From: Myxococcota bacterium
GTDB taxonomy: Bacteria > Myxococcota > XYA12-FULL-58-9 > JABJBS01
DNA length: 37,862 bases
Reading direction: 5' to 3'
Assembly: GCA_036339465.1 (NCBI GenBank)
Contig: JAYZAY010000014.1
Location: forward strand, 1 to 37,862
The notes under the pieces are model-generated. The model saw nothing but the letters and a program-made list of their open reading frames with translations, was not told the origin of the DNA and made no database searches. How positions within the stretch are numbered: the stretch's first letter is position 1; each line of letters starts with the position of its first letter. Shown here piece by piece: positions 18,281 through 27,891 of the stretch. Made by a program: the position numbers and the translations under genes.

Positions 18281-18641
18281 AGGGGCACATCCGCCTAAGA
18301 CTTATCGGACCATCTCAGTCCCTGCTACCTTAAAGATAAAAGACTCTCAAGAAGCGGTAATTGTAAATATTTCACTTATTTCAAAAGGGAGGCTCGGGAA
18401 CAAATAGGTGGATTGAATCCTATAGCTAGAATCCAAATTCGTGTCGGAGATTCAGCCACTATTTCTCCATGGTTAACCCACCATGAGCCACTCAAAAGCT
18501 ATAAAACAAGCAGCATTTCTCAAGGCTTACATTGCAATGGATGCCAATTTACCGCCGTGGTCACCACAACAATGGTTTCTTCAATATTTTCTTTGGGGAT
18601 TGGTTCTACTTTGATAGACTCCAAGAGTCCCTGGGGGAATT

Positions 18642-19655
18642 ATGCATACGAGAGAATTTCATAGCACAGAGCAATTTGTTGGTTGTCGACTGGGAGACAT
18701 GGTCAAGATGCTCTACGGCATTACCGATGAGCAGCTAGAAGTCGCAGTAGAGGTACACAAACAAACCGGCGAGCGCTTAGGTAAAGTACTCGTAAATCTG
18801 CAAATGATAAGTCTTGCGCAGCTCGCGACATGCTCAGTCCTTCTCAGTGCCAACGAAACCACGCTTTTCGCACACGGCTTTGCCGAGCGAATTCGTTCCT
18901 CTTGGTCGAGTCACCATGTACGGCTTTTCGCAGAAACCCTTTTCTGCACTTCGGTCGCCTTGGTAGTCATGCTCTTGGCCAATGTGCGAGAGAGCGGACT
19001 CTTTTCTCTCTTCTTTATGGCTACTGCACTGTCTGCAACCTTCGAACCCATCAATCCGGATTCGAAAAGGAAGACCATCGTTATTGATTTCTTTCTGGTT
19101 TTTGTGGGTGTGTTTTTCACCTATCTAACCGCAGGACTCCTCGTCGAGCCATCGATGTTTGAATCTGCATTCAGACTACCAGCACTGGAGGCTGGTGTTC
19201 ATGACGGAATCTTTCTTTGGGAAAGTGGTAACGCCAACTTTGGTGAGATTTTCCTCCAAAATATCACTACCGCCTGTTTCCTCTTTTGCCTAAGTTTTGT
19301 GTTTCGCACCTATGCAGTCTTACTAACAATAGCTTCCTGCGCATATGTGTGGGCGATTATTCTGGCGGCCCTACTCAATCCCAACCTTCACCACGAGGCT
19401 CCAGGATTCTTTGAGGCTTTGGAGGTTGGCTTACTCGGATTCGGCCCCCACTTCATTCTCGAAACCCTCGCCTATGTTATCATCGGTCTTTGCGGCCTTT
19501 GCTTGTCTAAATATCTACTTTGGTACGGTTTTTTCACTCAACTTTTTATCGCCAACACCAAGTGGGTCCTCCTTGGCCTTGGCGCGACTGTATTGCTTCT
19601 TCTACTCGCCACAGGACTGGAGGTCTCTTGGTTCGAGCAATTTCCGTACAAATGA
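18642..19655 (+). CDS. MshEN-like N-terminal domain fused to a SpoIIM(DUF95)-like membrane domain
   Basis: RLGDMV...ITDEQLEVAV..HKQTGERLGKVLVNLQMIS; multiple TM helices with IFLQN and PHFILE (SpoIIM PHG..E-like). Confidence 0.7.
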   Translation: MHTREFHSTEQFVGCRLGDMVKMLYGITDEQLEVAVEVHKQTGERLGKVLVNLQMISLAQLATCSVLLSANETTLFAHGFAERIRSSWSSHHVRLFAETLFCTSVALVVMLLANVRESGLFSLFFMATALSATFEPINPDSKRKTIVIDFFLVFVGVFFTYLTAGLLVEPSMFESAFRLPALEAGVHDGIFLWESGNANFGEIFLQNITTACFLFCLSFVFRTYAVLLTIASCAYVWAIILAALLNPNLHHEAPGFFEALEVGLLGFGPHFILETLAYVIIGLCGLCLSKYLLWYGFFTQLFIANTKWVLLGLGATVLLLLLATGLEVSWFEQFPYK

Positions 19656-19935
19656 ACTGCTCAGAGAGATAGGAGTCACACCGCGGAAATGGCAGGATGA
19701 AGCCATGGAGGGGTTGGGCAAAGTGAGCATATTCTTGACTTCGCATCAATATTCAACACCTACCTACTTCCCGATAGGTTTGAAACAAATAACCTTCAAG
19801 ATCTGAAACACCCAAAACGTAAAAAACTTTTACATAAGGCCACTCATTGCCGAAACCAAGAGTAGACTTTCATTACAGCTATTGTAGCATTAAGAGTGAG
19901 GCTTGCCCTTTTGATTAGGAACAGAGAAACCCTCG

Positions 19936-20769
19936 ATGCAGCTCAAATTTTTTGGCCAATTCCTGCTCGAAGAAAATTGTATCTCCTCGTACCAGTATGG
20001 AGAAGTCCTAGCATTGATGGACCAAACAAATCTCAAGCTGGGTGAGCTGGCTGAAGAATTTGGCTATCTCACAAAATTCCAGACCCAAGATATCCATGGC
20101 AATCAAAAATTCGAAGATGCGTTTTTCGGCGAATTGGCGATAAAACAATGTCTTTTGTCCGACACGCAGGTGAAAACCCTTTTGGCGGAGCAAGGAAAAA
20201 GGAGACTCCTAATTGGGGAGGCCGTGGTTAAATTGGGCTTTCTCAGTGCCGACAAAATTGAAACTTACCACAATGAGTTTGAGAGAGAGCAAAGAAAATT
20301 GAGGCTAAGCTCCATCTTACCTCCTGCCCTAGAAAAGAATTCACTCGTTGAGTTCCTTATAAAGTTTCTCCCAAAAATATCTTTTCGCCTTACCGGTGTT
20401 CGGCTCAAAATTGTGGATGGCTGCCCTGCGCTAGAACGGCACATGAAAGAACATACCGCCAGCGTCATGATTACCGGTAACGCAGACCTCAATCTGATAC
20501 TTACGGCTGATACCGAATTTGCGACCAAAATTATGGATGGGCTCTTAGGTGGCCAACTGGCCCTCGAAGATGATCCCCCAACACTCCATGATGTCTTGGG
20601 TGAATTTCTAAGTATCATCGCGAGTAATTCTCTCCGCGCCCTTCATGAACAAGGAGTGAGCGGGAAATTGGGTACACCCAAGTATGGTCAATCGCTACCT
20701 TCCAAAGGATCTGCCTTCATCCTTGTTTCCACCGTGGGCACAGCAACCCTCATTATTCATTACTCCTAA
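19936..20769 (+). CDS. CheX-like protein with four N-terminal MshEN-like repeats
   Basis: Repeats beginning FFGQFLL, KLGELA, FFGELAI and LIGEAVV. C-terminal TASVMITG...DVLGEFLSIIAS...LGTP resembles CheX. Confidence 0.75.
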   Translation: MQLKFFGQFLLEENCISSYQYGEVLALMDQTNLKLGELAEEFGYLTKFQTQDIHGNQKFEDAFFGELAIKQCLLSDTQVKTLLAEQGKRRLLIGEAVVKLGFLSADKIETYHNEFEREQRKLRLSSILPPALEKNSLVEFLIKFLPKISFRLTGVRLKIVDGCPALERHMKEHTASVMITGNADLNLILTADTEFATKIMDGLLGGQLALEDDPPTLHDVLGEFLSIIASNSLRALHEQGVSGKLGTPKYGQSLPSKGSAFILVSTVGTATLIIHYS

Positions 20770-21573
20770 ACCTTGTCGAGCGTCATCAATCCTGGTTCGG
20801 GTTAGGTCACCGGCGATGAAAACCTACGCACCAAAATAGCGGTGCGGTAGCTTGAAGCCAATTCAAATCCAAAACTCACGCCATTTACGAAAATCACCTC
20901 ATCGATCGCTGACTCAAAGACGCCTCACAGTCGACTCAAAAACTTTCAACAACCCGAAACCAAACACACAAAAAAGCCACAAAGCTCTTACACAATCAAT
21001 TCGAATTGCTTTTACCAGCCACCACATAAATGTGTGCAATCCCTTTGGCCGTGCCCAATTCCGTGAACACAAACAATGAGTAATTCTGAAATCCGTCGAC
21101 TTATCGAGCATTCAAAAACTTCGAGGTGTTCTCCTCAAGTTATCAGGCTCCGTCCCGCTTTGAGAAGCCCCTTAAAAATCGACGACTCGGCCTGGCTTTC
21201 AACGAATACCGATTGCAGCTTTCCGTTCCCAAAACAGACCGACGATCGAGACAAAGTAGGGTCTTAAGAGAAACCGACAGAGGCTCGTAAGGATTTTCTG
21301 TCTCGGGTTCCCGGAGTCCCGCGGAATTGATGTGGAAAAAGCGTGGTGATTTAATCGGCTGGTCTCTTTTCTGATATATCACAATCCGATTACCACGGCA
21401 TCGAAAAACAATCGAAAAAGAGAGCCCATCCATTCGAGCAAGGTTAGGGAGAAAATAGACTATTAAAACAGTTCCATGGGACATCAATAGCCTTCACTTG
21501 AGCGCATGGTGGCATGAGAAATCCCTTCTTCCCACCACATGCTTAGTTAGCTTGACACCTTCATCGTTTATTT

Positions 21574-22119
21574 ATGGTGCGTTGGTGTAAATCCGGTTAT
21601 GATGGGCTCATGAAGTTGTGGAGGATAGCAATGACTTGGATGCGTTATGCCTGGGTCAATATAGGAATTGTTTTGATTATGCCAACAGGATGCGTCTCAA
21701 AAGAGGCAAATCTGAAGTGCCCGGACGGAGCAACAGAATTTGGAGGCGCGCCGCCCCTTGGAAATAGAAAATACTGTGGTTACAAAAACTCTACGGTCGT
21801 GGGAGGGGTCTCAAAACACGGACCATGGAGATTTTGGTGGCCGAATGGTCAACTAGAGTCCGACGGAGAATACGCAAAAAACAAGAAACATGGGTTATTT
21901 AGAAGCTGGTATTCCAATGGTGTTAAGGTGCGTCAAGGAAGATACCGAAACAACGGCAAAGATGGCACTTGGAAAGCTTGGCGCCGTGATGGCACCTTGA
22001 AATCTAAAATTCAATATAAGCAGGGTCTCATGCACGGGTTTCGTCGGTTGTACGACGAGGAGGGCCAGTTGAAGCTAGAATTATGGTACCAAGAGGGAAA
22101 AAAGAGCGCTCGCCATTAA
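21574..22119 (+). CDS. MORN-variant repeat (YwqK-like) putative lipoprotein; start uncertain
   Basis: Hydrophobic stretch ending PTGC. Repeats HGPWRFWWPNGQLESDGEY, KHGLFRSWYSNG, KDGTWKAWRRDG, MHGFRRLYDEEG. Confidence 0.85.
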   Translation: MVRWCKSGYDGLMKLWRIAMTWMRYAWVNIGIVLIMPTGCVSKEANLKCPDGATEFGGAPPLGNRKYCGYKNSTVVGGVSKHGPWRFWWPNGQLESDGEYAKNKKHGLFRSWYSNGVKVRQGRYRNNGKDGTWKAWRRDGTLKSKIQYKQGLMHGFRRLYDEEGQLKLELWYQEGKKSARH

Positions 22120-22635
22120 ATTCCCTGCTTACATTAGCGACCAATAATGCCATTTAGAAGCTGACCATTGGCAGATATTAGGAATATGTTTTAGTTTGCG
22201 ATGCGTCGCAAAAAGCCACCCACCATCATGTCTGATAATATCTGTCATACTGCGGTCTCGTTTTACGACGACGTCCATTGGTTAATGATTGGTTTTTTCT
22301 TCCTCCACTCAAAGATCTTGAGGATGAGCAGGTTCTTTGGAATGCTGTTAAGCGCTTGGGTGTAGACACGTTGACCAAGAAATGAATCAGCCTGGTTTTC
22401 CGTGTCAATGCGATTGGTATCCTCGCCGCTTTTAGCACTGAGAAGTAACGAAGGAATTCTCTCTTCGACAACCCCGAACGCGCGCCCTCCAAATGCTGAG
22501 TGGTCGATTCACCCACCTCACTAAATACTGGAAAAAGTTTCTCTTAGGCTTCTTTGTAAATACCCAGACCGCTCTCGGTCACCAAACACTCAAAGAGGAG
22601 TCAAGACCTCAGAAAAGCCAAGAAGGAAATCCAAC

Positions 22636-23589
22636 TCAATTGAAATGGATCCCACTTACGTCCTCAGGCCGAAATGGGAGGTCGAGATGCGGCCTGCGCG
22701 TGTGACCTTCGCAATAAAGTCTCTTGAAGCTCGTAAACTTAGAAGGTCGATAATTTCGCTGATAGATCACACTTGCCGCCCGTTCTGGCAACCATGCAAT
22801 CGCTCGAAGTTGCCTTTGCAGCCAGGGGTCCAAACACCCCTCAATGGACTCTGCTACCGCCTCTTCGCAAAAAAGGGCCGCTATCTCTAAATTACTGTGA
22901 GCCAACGGAGGTAAGGCGTGGGGTTTCGGGTCGTTTACGTTCAGCCACAACGAGCTTTCGCCTGGCATAGCAAAAGGATCGATGGCGGTGCCGTCAAGCC
23001 ATGTGTTAAAATGCACATGAGGTGGACTTAATAAAAACGAGGTCAAAAAATCAAGTCCCGAGGCCCCTGCTAAAGCGATCGGGAAACCGCGTCCAATCCG
23101 TTGTCCAACATCAACCAAGGACCGCCCTAAATGATTGCACGTTGTAATCAAGCCATGGTCATGAAGCATCATCACGCAAAGCCCACCCCTGTCGAATTCT
23201 CGCTCCACACGAATAACGACCCCCGGCGCGGGTGCCACAACAACCGTACCAACTGGTATGATAAAATCCGTTCCCTGATGACTATCGTAAGTGTGTTTTC
23301 CACCTTGAAAATCGCAAACCTGGGTGACCCGAACGGAATAACCCTCCTGGGAAGAAATAGGAGTTCGATTGAAAAAATTGTAAATGGGAATACGCTTGTC
23401 TGGCCGCTTAATTTTTAGCCAGGTTTTAATGGAAGTCAACGGTTGTAAAATCGTGAAGGTGGACAAATCCCATAAATGTTTTGGTGTTGACGAGTCTCCT
23501 CGAAGGCCGCGCAAACCCTGCTTAATCGACTCTGGCGAAACCAACCCAAATATTTCCCAAACACTGAGGTCACCTTCTTCTTTAGCCAT
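22636..23589 (-). CDS. M23-family metallopeptidase
   Basis: GGGAGG RBS. HQGTD (HxxxD), GTVVVAPAPGVV, NHLG...V.VGQRI..G..IAL.G.SG, PHVHF (HxH). Confidence 0.9.
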   Translation of the reverse strand: MAKEEGDLSVWEIFGLVSPESIKQGLRGLRGDSSTPKHLWDLSTFTILQPLTSIKTWLKIKRPDKRIPIYNFFNRTPISSQEGYSVRVTQVCDFQGGKHTYDSHQGTDFIIPVGTVVVAPAPGVVIRVEREFDRGGLCVMMLHDHGLITTCNHLGRSLVDVGQRIGRGFPIALAGASGLDFLTSFLLSPPHVHFNTWLDGTAIDPFAMPGESSLWLNVNDPKPHALPPLAHSNLEIAALFCEEAVAESIEGCLDPWLQRQLRAIAWLPERAASVIYQRNYRPSKFTSFKRLYCEGHTRRPHLDLPFRPEDVSGIHFN

Positions 23590-24547
23590 CTACCCTCCCA
23601 ACTGAAATTCGAGTGTAACCTAACGGAGCGCATACAGAAAAGAGATTAAGCGGAGAATTCTAGAAGGCCGGCTCATGCTGAGAGAAAACCCCACCTCGAG
23701 CTGGATTGGTTGTGGCAGTCGAGGTGGTCGGCGTCATCAACGCATACCCGGTGGAAACTGGGACAAAATTTAGCATTTTCATCATCCCACCCACCCAATC
23801 GACACCCATTTTCTGTCTTATCTTTCCCCAGATGAAAGATCCACAACGATCCCAAAAAGCACACGAACCAACCGAGTGTTTTATATCAAATCAAGACACC
23901 GGAGTGAGTTCCGGTGTGACTGAAGCCAATAGACGACCCTAGAAAACGAATCGGAAGCTATGTACTCTATGTTATTTCCCCAAGTGAGATTGAATGTTAC
24001 TTCCTATACTTTGAGATGAGGTGTTGAATCCACTTCGAGTAAATGGATATCCCACAATGGCAGACATCAAGACAACCCGAATTAAATGAGCCGAAAAGAA
24101 TAGGATGTCGCCATTTGTTACAGTCCATATCAGGAAAAACGCGCAGCTTAAATAAGAGGGAATTTGTCACTCAACCCTTCGCTGGCTCGCCCAGAATTAC
24201 CCAGTGGATGGCCGCTTGTCGGGGCACTCGCCTACTCGGGGGAGTTTGGGCCGCGGCCTCATGGGAAATTCGCTGAGCTCTGATTTATTGTTCCTTCGGC
24301 GTACAACAGGCCAAACAGGAAGCCGATTCTTAGGATAGGTGATTACCAATTCCGGCTTGAAACACCACCTGCTACTTCGCCAATATCTCAAAGCGACTCA
24401 AGACCTCACGCTGGCTGTCGGGAGATTGACTTCCAGCCGCCATTGATTCGTCACTGGCGAAGGCGTCCGGGCAATGATGCTAAAGCCGTCACGCCGCAAC
24501 ACCCTGTAAGGGCCCGGAAATATTAAGAAAAGAAAACAACCTCCCCC

Positions 24548-25249
24548 TTGGTAAATTCCACCCTCCAAATGGCCTGTTTTTTGCTGGGTATCAATTGCGG
24601 AGGAACCGACAAAATGCCGTTATTAACTGCTGCGCCACGCAACTGGCAACCTACACTGTGTGATACCACCCAACCCACCATCACTGTTTTGATTTATTGC
24701 CCCGATTCGTCGATGGCATTGCAAGCGACCCTCGATAGCCTGCTCGCGCAGAGCTACCGCGAGATGGAGGTGCTATTAATCCATAAGACGAACTTCATGG
24801 GTTCTCCTTCGATCTACGAGAAGCTCTCAGAACTCGACCTCAATGGGGTAGTTAGGATGCTTGAGGTGGGGGACTCCGCAGAAGTCGACGAAGCGCTGAA
24901 TCTTGGTTTTTCGGTTTCCTCGGGTGAGCTCATCCTTCCGCTCATTTCGGGAGCTGAGATCGCTTCCTCTACCCTGGACTGTTGTTTGCAGCGTTTTAGA
25001 GTTCATTCGGGTGTGGACATCGTTTACACCAATGAGCAGACTTGTACATCATCACCTCCAGAGAACCAGGCGGATGGTTGTTCCTTTCACCCTCGCGCAT
25101 CTCCAATTGCGATTCCTTATCCAGCAATGATTCGGCGCTCTTCGCAGTCGCTGCACATACCCATTAGACCGCCCGCTCCAAACGAGAAAACCACACACCC
25201 CTCTTCCGATCTAATAGGACTTACACTGCATGACGATCGTAGCGAGTAG
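24548..25249 (+). CDS. Degenerate GT2 (family 2 glycosyltransferase)-like protein, possibly a pseudogene
   Basis: ITVLI..., TLDSLLAQSYREMEVLLI, ALNLGFSVSSGELILPL, DIVYTNE. The acidic DD.S.D and DxD motifs are missing. Confidence 0.6.
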   Translation: MVNSTLQMACFLLGINCGGTDKMPLLTAAPRNWQPTLCDTTQPTITVLIYCPDSSMALQATLDSLLAQSYREMEVLLIHKTNFMGSPSIYEKLSELDLNGVVRMLEVGDSAEVDEALNLGFSVSSGELILPLISGAEIASSTLDCCLQRFRVHSGVDIVYTNEQTCTSSPPENQADGCSFHPRASPIAIPYPAMIRRSSQSLHIPIRPPAPNEKTTHPSSDLIGLTLHDDRSE

Positions 25250-25734
25250 CAGATCGCATCCTTGGCCATGGTTATGGGTTTTAAACAGATTCCCCTCTCG
25301 TTAAACGCCCAACACCTATTGCACCGACTCCCACACTTAGTCGCTTTAAACCGCAAGTTCCACCCCAAGAAACGCAAAGGCCCAATCACCTTCCCCTGCC
25401 TCTACGAAAATCATCTCCACCTCTCTCCAAACATCAACTAAAAACATCAAAAGACGATGAAGCCACACGACAAAAAGATTCACTTTGAACGTTCATCCCA
25501 CGCCTTGTTCCTGCTATTCGGTGGATAACCGTATTCTACCCACCGACAAAGCCACCGACAAAGCCACCGAAGCAGGGTAGAATAACAAGAGGATTTTAAT
25601 AACGAATAGCCCAAACCAAGGCCTTAAGAAAAGCCATACCACCGCGCATAGGCACTTGGAGTAAAAAGCTGCCGAGAAGGAAGTGGAAAGGATTTCGGAA
25701 TTGTTCTAAGAAGATTAAAACACCAGGAGTTCCA

Positions 25735-26385
25735 TTGATAAACGATGCCATCCTTTACAGCTTTCGACGCTGTCCTTACGCCATCCGTGCCCGAATGACC
25801 CTTGCCTACGCGGGTATCCCCTTTGAAGTTCGGGAAGTTGTTCTGAAGGACAAGCCCTTATGCATGCTGCAGTATTCCCCGAAAGGAACCGTACCGGTTT
25901 TGATCTTAGGCGACGGAACCATCAAAGACGAGAGCTTAGACATCATCTCGTGGGCACTAAGCCATCACGATCCAGATAGTTGGCTAGACTCTCCCGATTC
26001 CGGCGGTGAGAGCGGTGACCTTATTGAACAAAATGACGGTTTCTTCAAAACGCACCTGGATCGATACAAGTACGGTGCGCGTGATCTTGAGAGTCCACCG
26101 GAGGTTTCTCGCAACCTAGCTGAGGTCTTTCTAAAGCGACTTGAGTCCCGACTCCAGATTCATCCCTTTTTACACGGAGAACACCTCCGACTCACAGACA
26201 TCGCTATTTTTCCATTTGTGAGACAATTCGCAAACGTCGACATGGACTGGTTTTTGAACTCTCCCTACGAGCACCTAAGAACCTGGCTTCAATTTCATCT
26301 CGATAGTTTACTTTTTCAAAGGGTGATGGAGAAATATCCACAATGGAAGAAAGGCTGTCCCCCCCTAGTTTTCGGTCACAAATAG
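25735..26385 (+). CDS. Glutathione S-transferase
   Basis: AGGAG RBS before TTG. LYSFRRCPYAIRAR, SPKGTVPVL, ESLDI, DIAIFPFVRQF. Confidence 0.95.
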   Translation: MINDAILYSFRRCPYAIRARMTLAYAGIPFEVREVVLKDKPLCMLQYSPKGTVPVLILGDGTIKDESLDIISWALSHHDPDSWLDSPDSGGESGDLIEQNDGFFKTHLDRYKYGARDLESPPEVSRNLAEVFLKRLESRLQIHPFLHGEHLRLTDIAIFPFVRQFANVDMDWFLNSPYEHLRTWLQFHLDSLLFQRVMEKYPQWKKGCPPLVFGHK

Positions 26386-26426
26386 AATTTCTGCCTTGAG
26401 GGAAACGCGGTTATAGTCGAGGCTCT

Positions 26427-26864
26427 TTAGAGCTTCTCCCAAACGTCGGTGGGGTAGGTTCTGGGATTCACCTTGGAATCGTAGTCTCGAATATTTCCAT
26501 CCGGTCCAATCACAACCCCAATCCGCCTAGCGTTGGCAGCACTCGAGTCATCACATGCACCATAGGCCACGCCCATTGAGCGGGCCGTGTCACATAAGAG
26601 TGGAAAATCGAACGAGAACTTCTCGGCAAAAGCCTTGTTCTCTTCAACCGTGTCAAAACTCACGCCAAAAATGACCGCCTTTTTCTTGGCAAACTCGTCT
26701 TTCAGATCGCGGAACCCGCAACCTTCAGCGATTCAGCCTGAAGTATCCGCTTTGGGATAGAACCACAAAACAACCGATTTTCCTAAAAAGTCACTGAGAG
26801 TTACAACATTGCCATGATGGTCTTGAACACTGAAATAGGGTGCGGGATTTCCTGGTTGGAGCAT
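26427..26864 (-). CDS. bcp: Selenocysteine-containing peroxiredoxin, BCP/PrxQ type (145 aa, Sec44)
   Basis: ATG 26864 with an AAGGAAG RBS reads MLQPGNPAPYFSVQDHHGNVVTLSDFLGKSVVLWFYPKADTSG-TGA-IAEGCGFRD... in frame with the 26427-26663 ORF. The TGA (26735-26733) sits exactly at the peroxidatic Cys of PxxxTxxC. Confidence 0.92.
26704..26724 (-). promoter_or_regulatory. Bacterial SECIS-like hairpin
   Basis: AGGTTGCGG-GTT-CCGCGATCT starts 8 nt after the TGA; 9-bp stem (two G-U pairs) with G leading the apical loop. Confidence 0.75.
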
Positions 26865-27079
26865 CTTTTTCTTCCTTCTTATAAATCCTGTCTAGGTTAA
26901 GAGAACAGAGCCACGGGAAAAAGCTTTCTTAATCCCGATACTCTTTTTATCTAGGGCACTCAACACCCCATCAAACATGGGATGCCAAACCCTCTATCTC
27001 ACGCTGTTGAAACCCGTTTCTGGGGGCCACGTCGGCTCGTTGATTGATTTTCGGACTTAAGCCCAATAGAGAGCCTTCA

Positions 27080-27385
27080 ATGAGCAACTTTACCATCGGC
27101 CAAACCGTTTATCATCAAAAATTTACCTACCGTGGCGTGGTGATCGGTGTGGACGAGATGTTTCTGGGATCAAACGAGTGGTATGAGGAAGTAGCCCGCT
27201 CTCGCCCCCCAAAGGATGAACCCTGGTACCACGTGTTGGTGCATGCCTCAATCCACCAAACCTATGTGGCAGAGCGTCATCTTGCGCCAGACACCAGTGG
27301 CCAACCCATCGAGCATCCCGAACTCGCTAATTTTTTCGACCGTTTCATAGAGGGATGCTACAGCGATTCTCGAACATTTCATTAA
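27080..27385 (+). CDS. hspQ: Heat shock protein HspQ (YccV-like)
   Basis: FTIGQTVYHQKFTYRGVVIGVD..F.GSNEWY....RSRPPKDEPWYHVLV....QTYVAERHL..D....PIEHP. Confidence 0.92.
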   Translation: MSNFTIGQTVYHQKFTYRGVVIGVDEMFLGSNEWYEEVARSRPPKDEPWYHVLVHASIHQTYVAERHLAPDTSGQPIEHPELANFFDRFIEGCYSDSRTFH

Positions 27386-27891
27386 GCATGGGAAACCCGG
27401 CCCAAATGCAAACCCCTATTCATTCTCAAAACGCGAAGTTTCTAAATCCACAAGTTATAGGCCGGGCAATCGCAGGCACCCAACCTATTTCGCCCTACCC
27501 TTACAAAGCCCCTTGCCTGCCCAATGATGCGGCCTGAAAACCGCTAGCGTAATCCCAGAATGCACAACATAACATAGAACACTGGCGGATTATCCCCCCC
27601 AAATAACGACACTGCCATTCCTATAGGCTACCCTCTTTCGAGGGTTCAAATACAATCAATTCTTCACCAATAACCATGCTGTCCCATTCAAGGATAGGGT
27701 TAAGCCCCCGTTCGAACAATATATCACCTATTTTCGCGTCCAATCATTGCGGCCGTCAGCCAATAAATTCAATAACCCGCAGACAGTCATCCCTCAAAGG
27801 CACTGCCCTTCGTTATCGACAAATGCCACAACACCGTAAGGCACCAAACAATGGACCATCCCAACTTCCAACGAAACGAATGGCTCACATT

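Noticed and set aside
22195..22212. TTTGCGA-TGCG-TCGCAAA hairpin as a terminator or operator
   Set aside because: No downstream T-tract on the + strand and only one copy; function cannot be supported.
23896..24009. 8-bp hairpin (23896-23917) and oriIS-like ACTTCCTATAC (23999-24009)
   Set aside because: No transposase remnant recognised nearby; the short matches could be chance.
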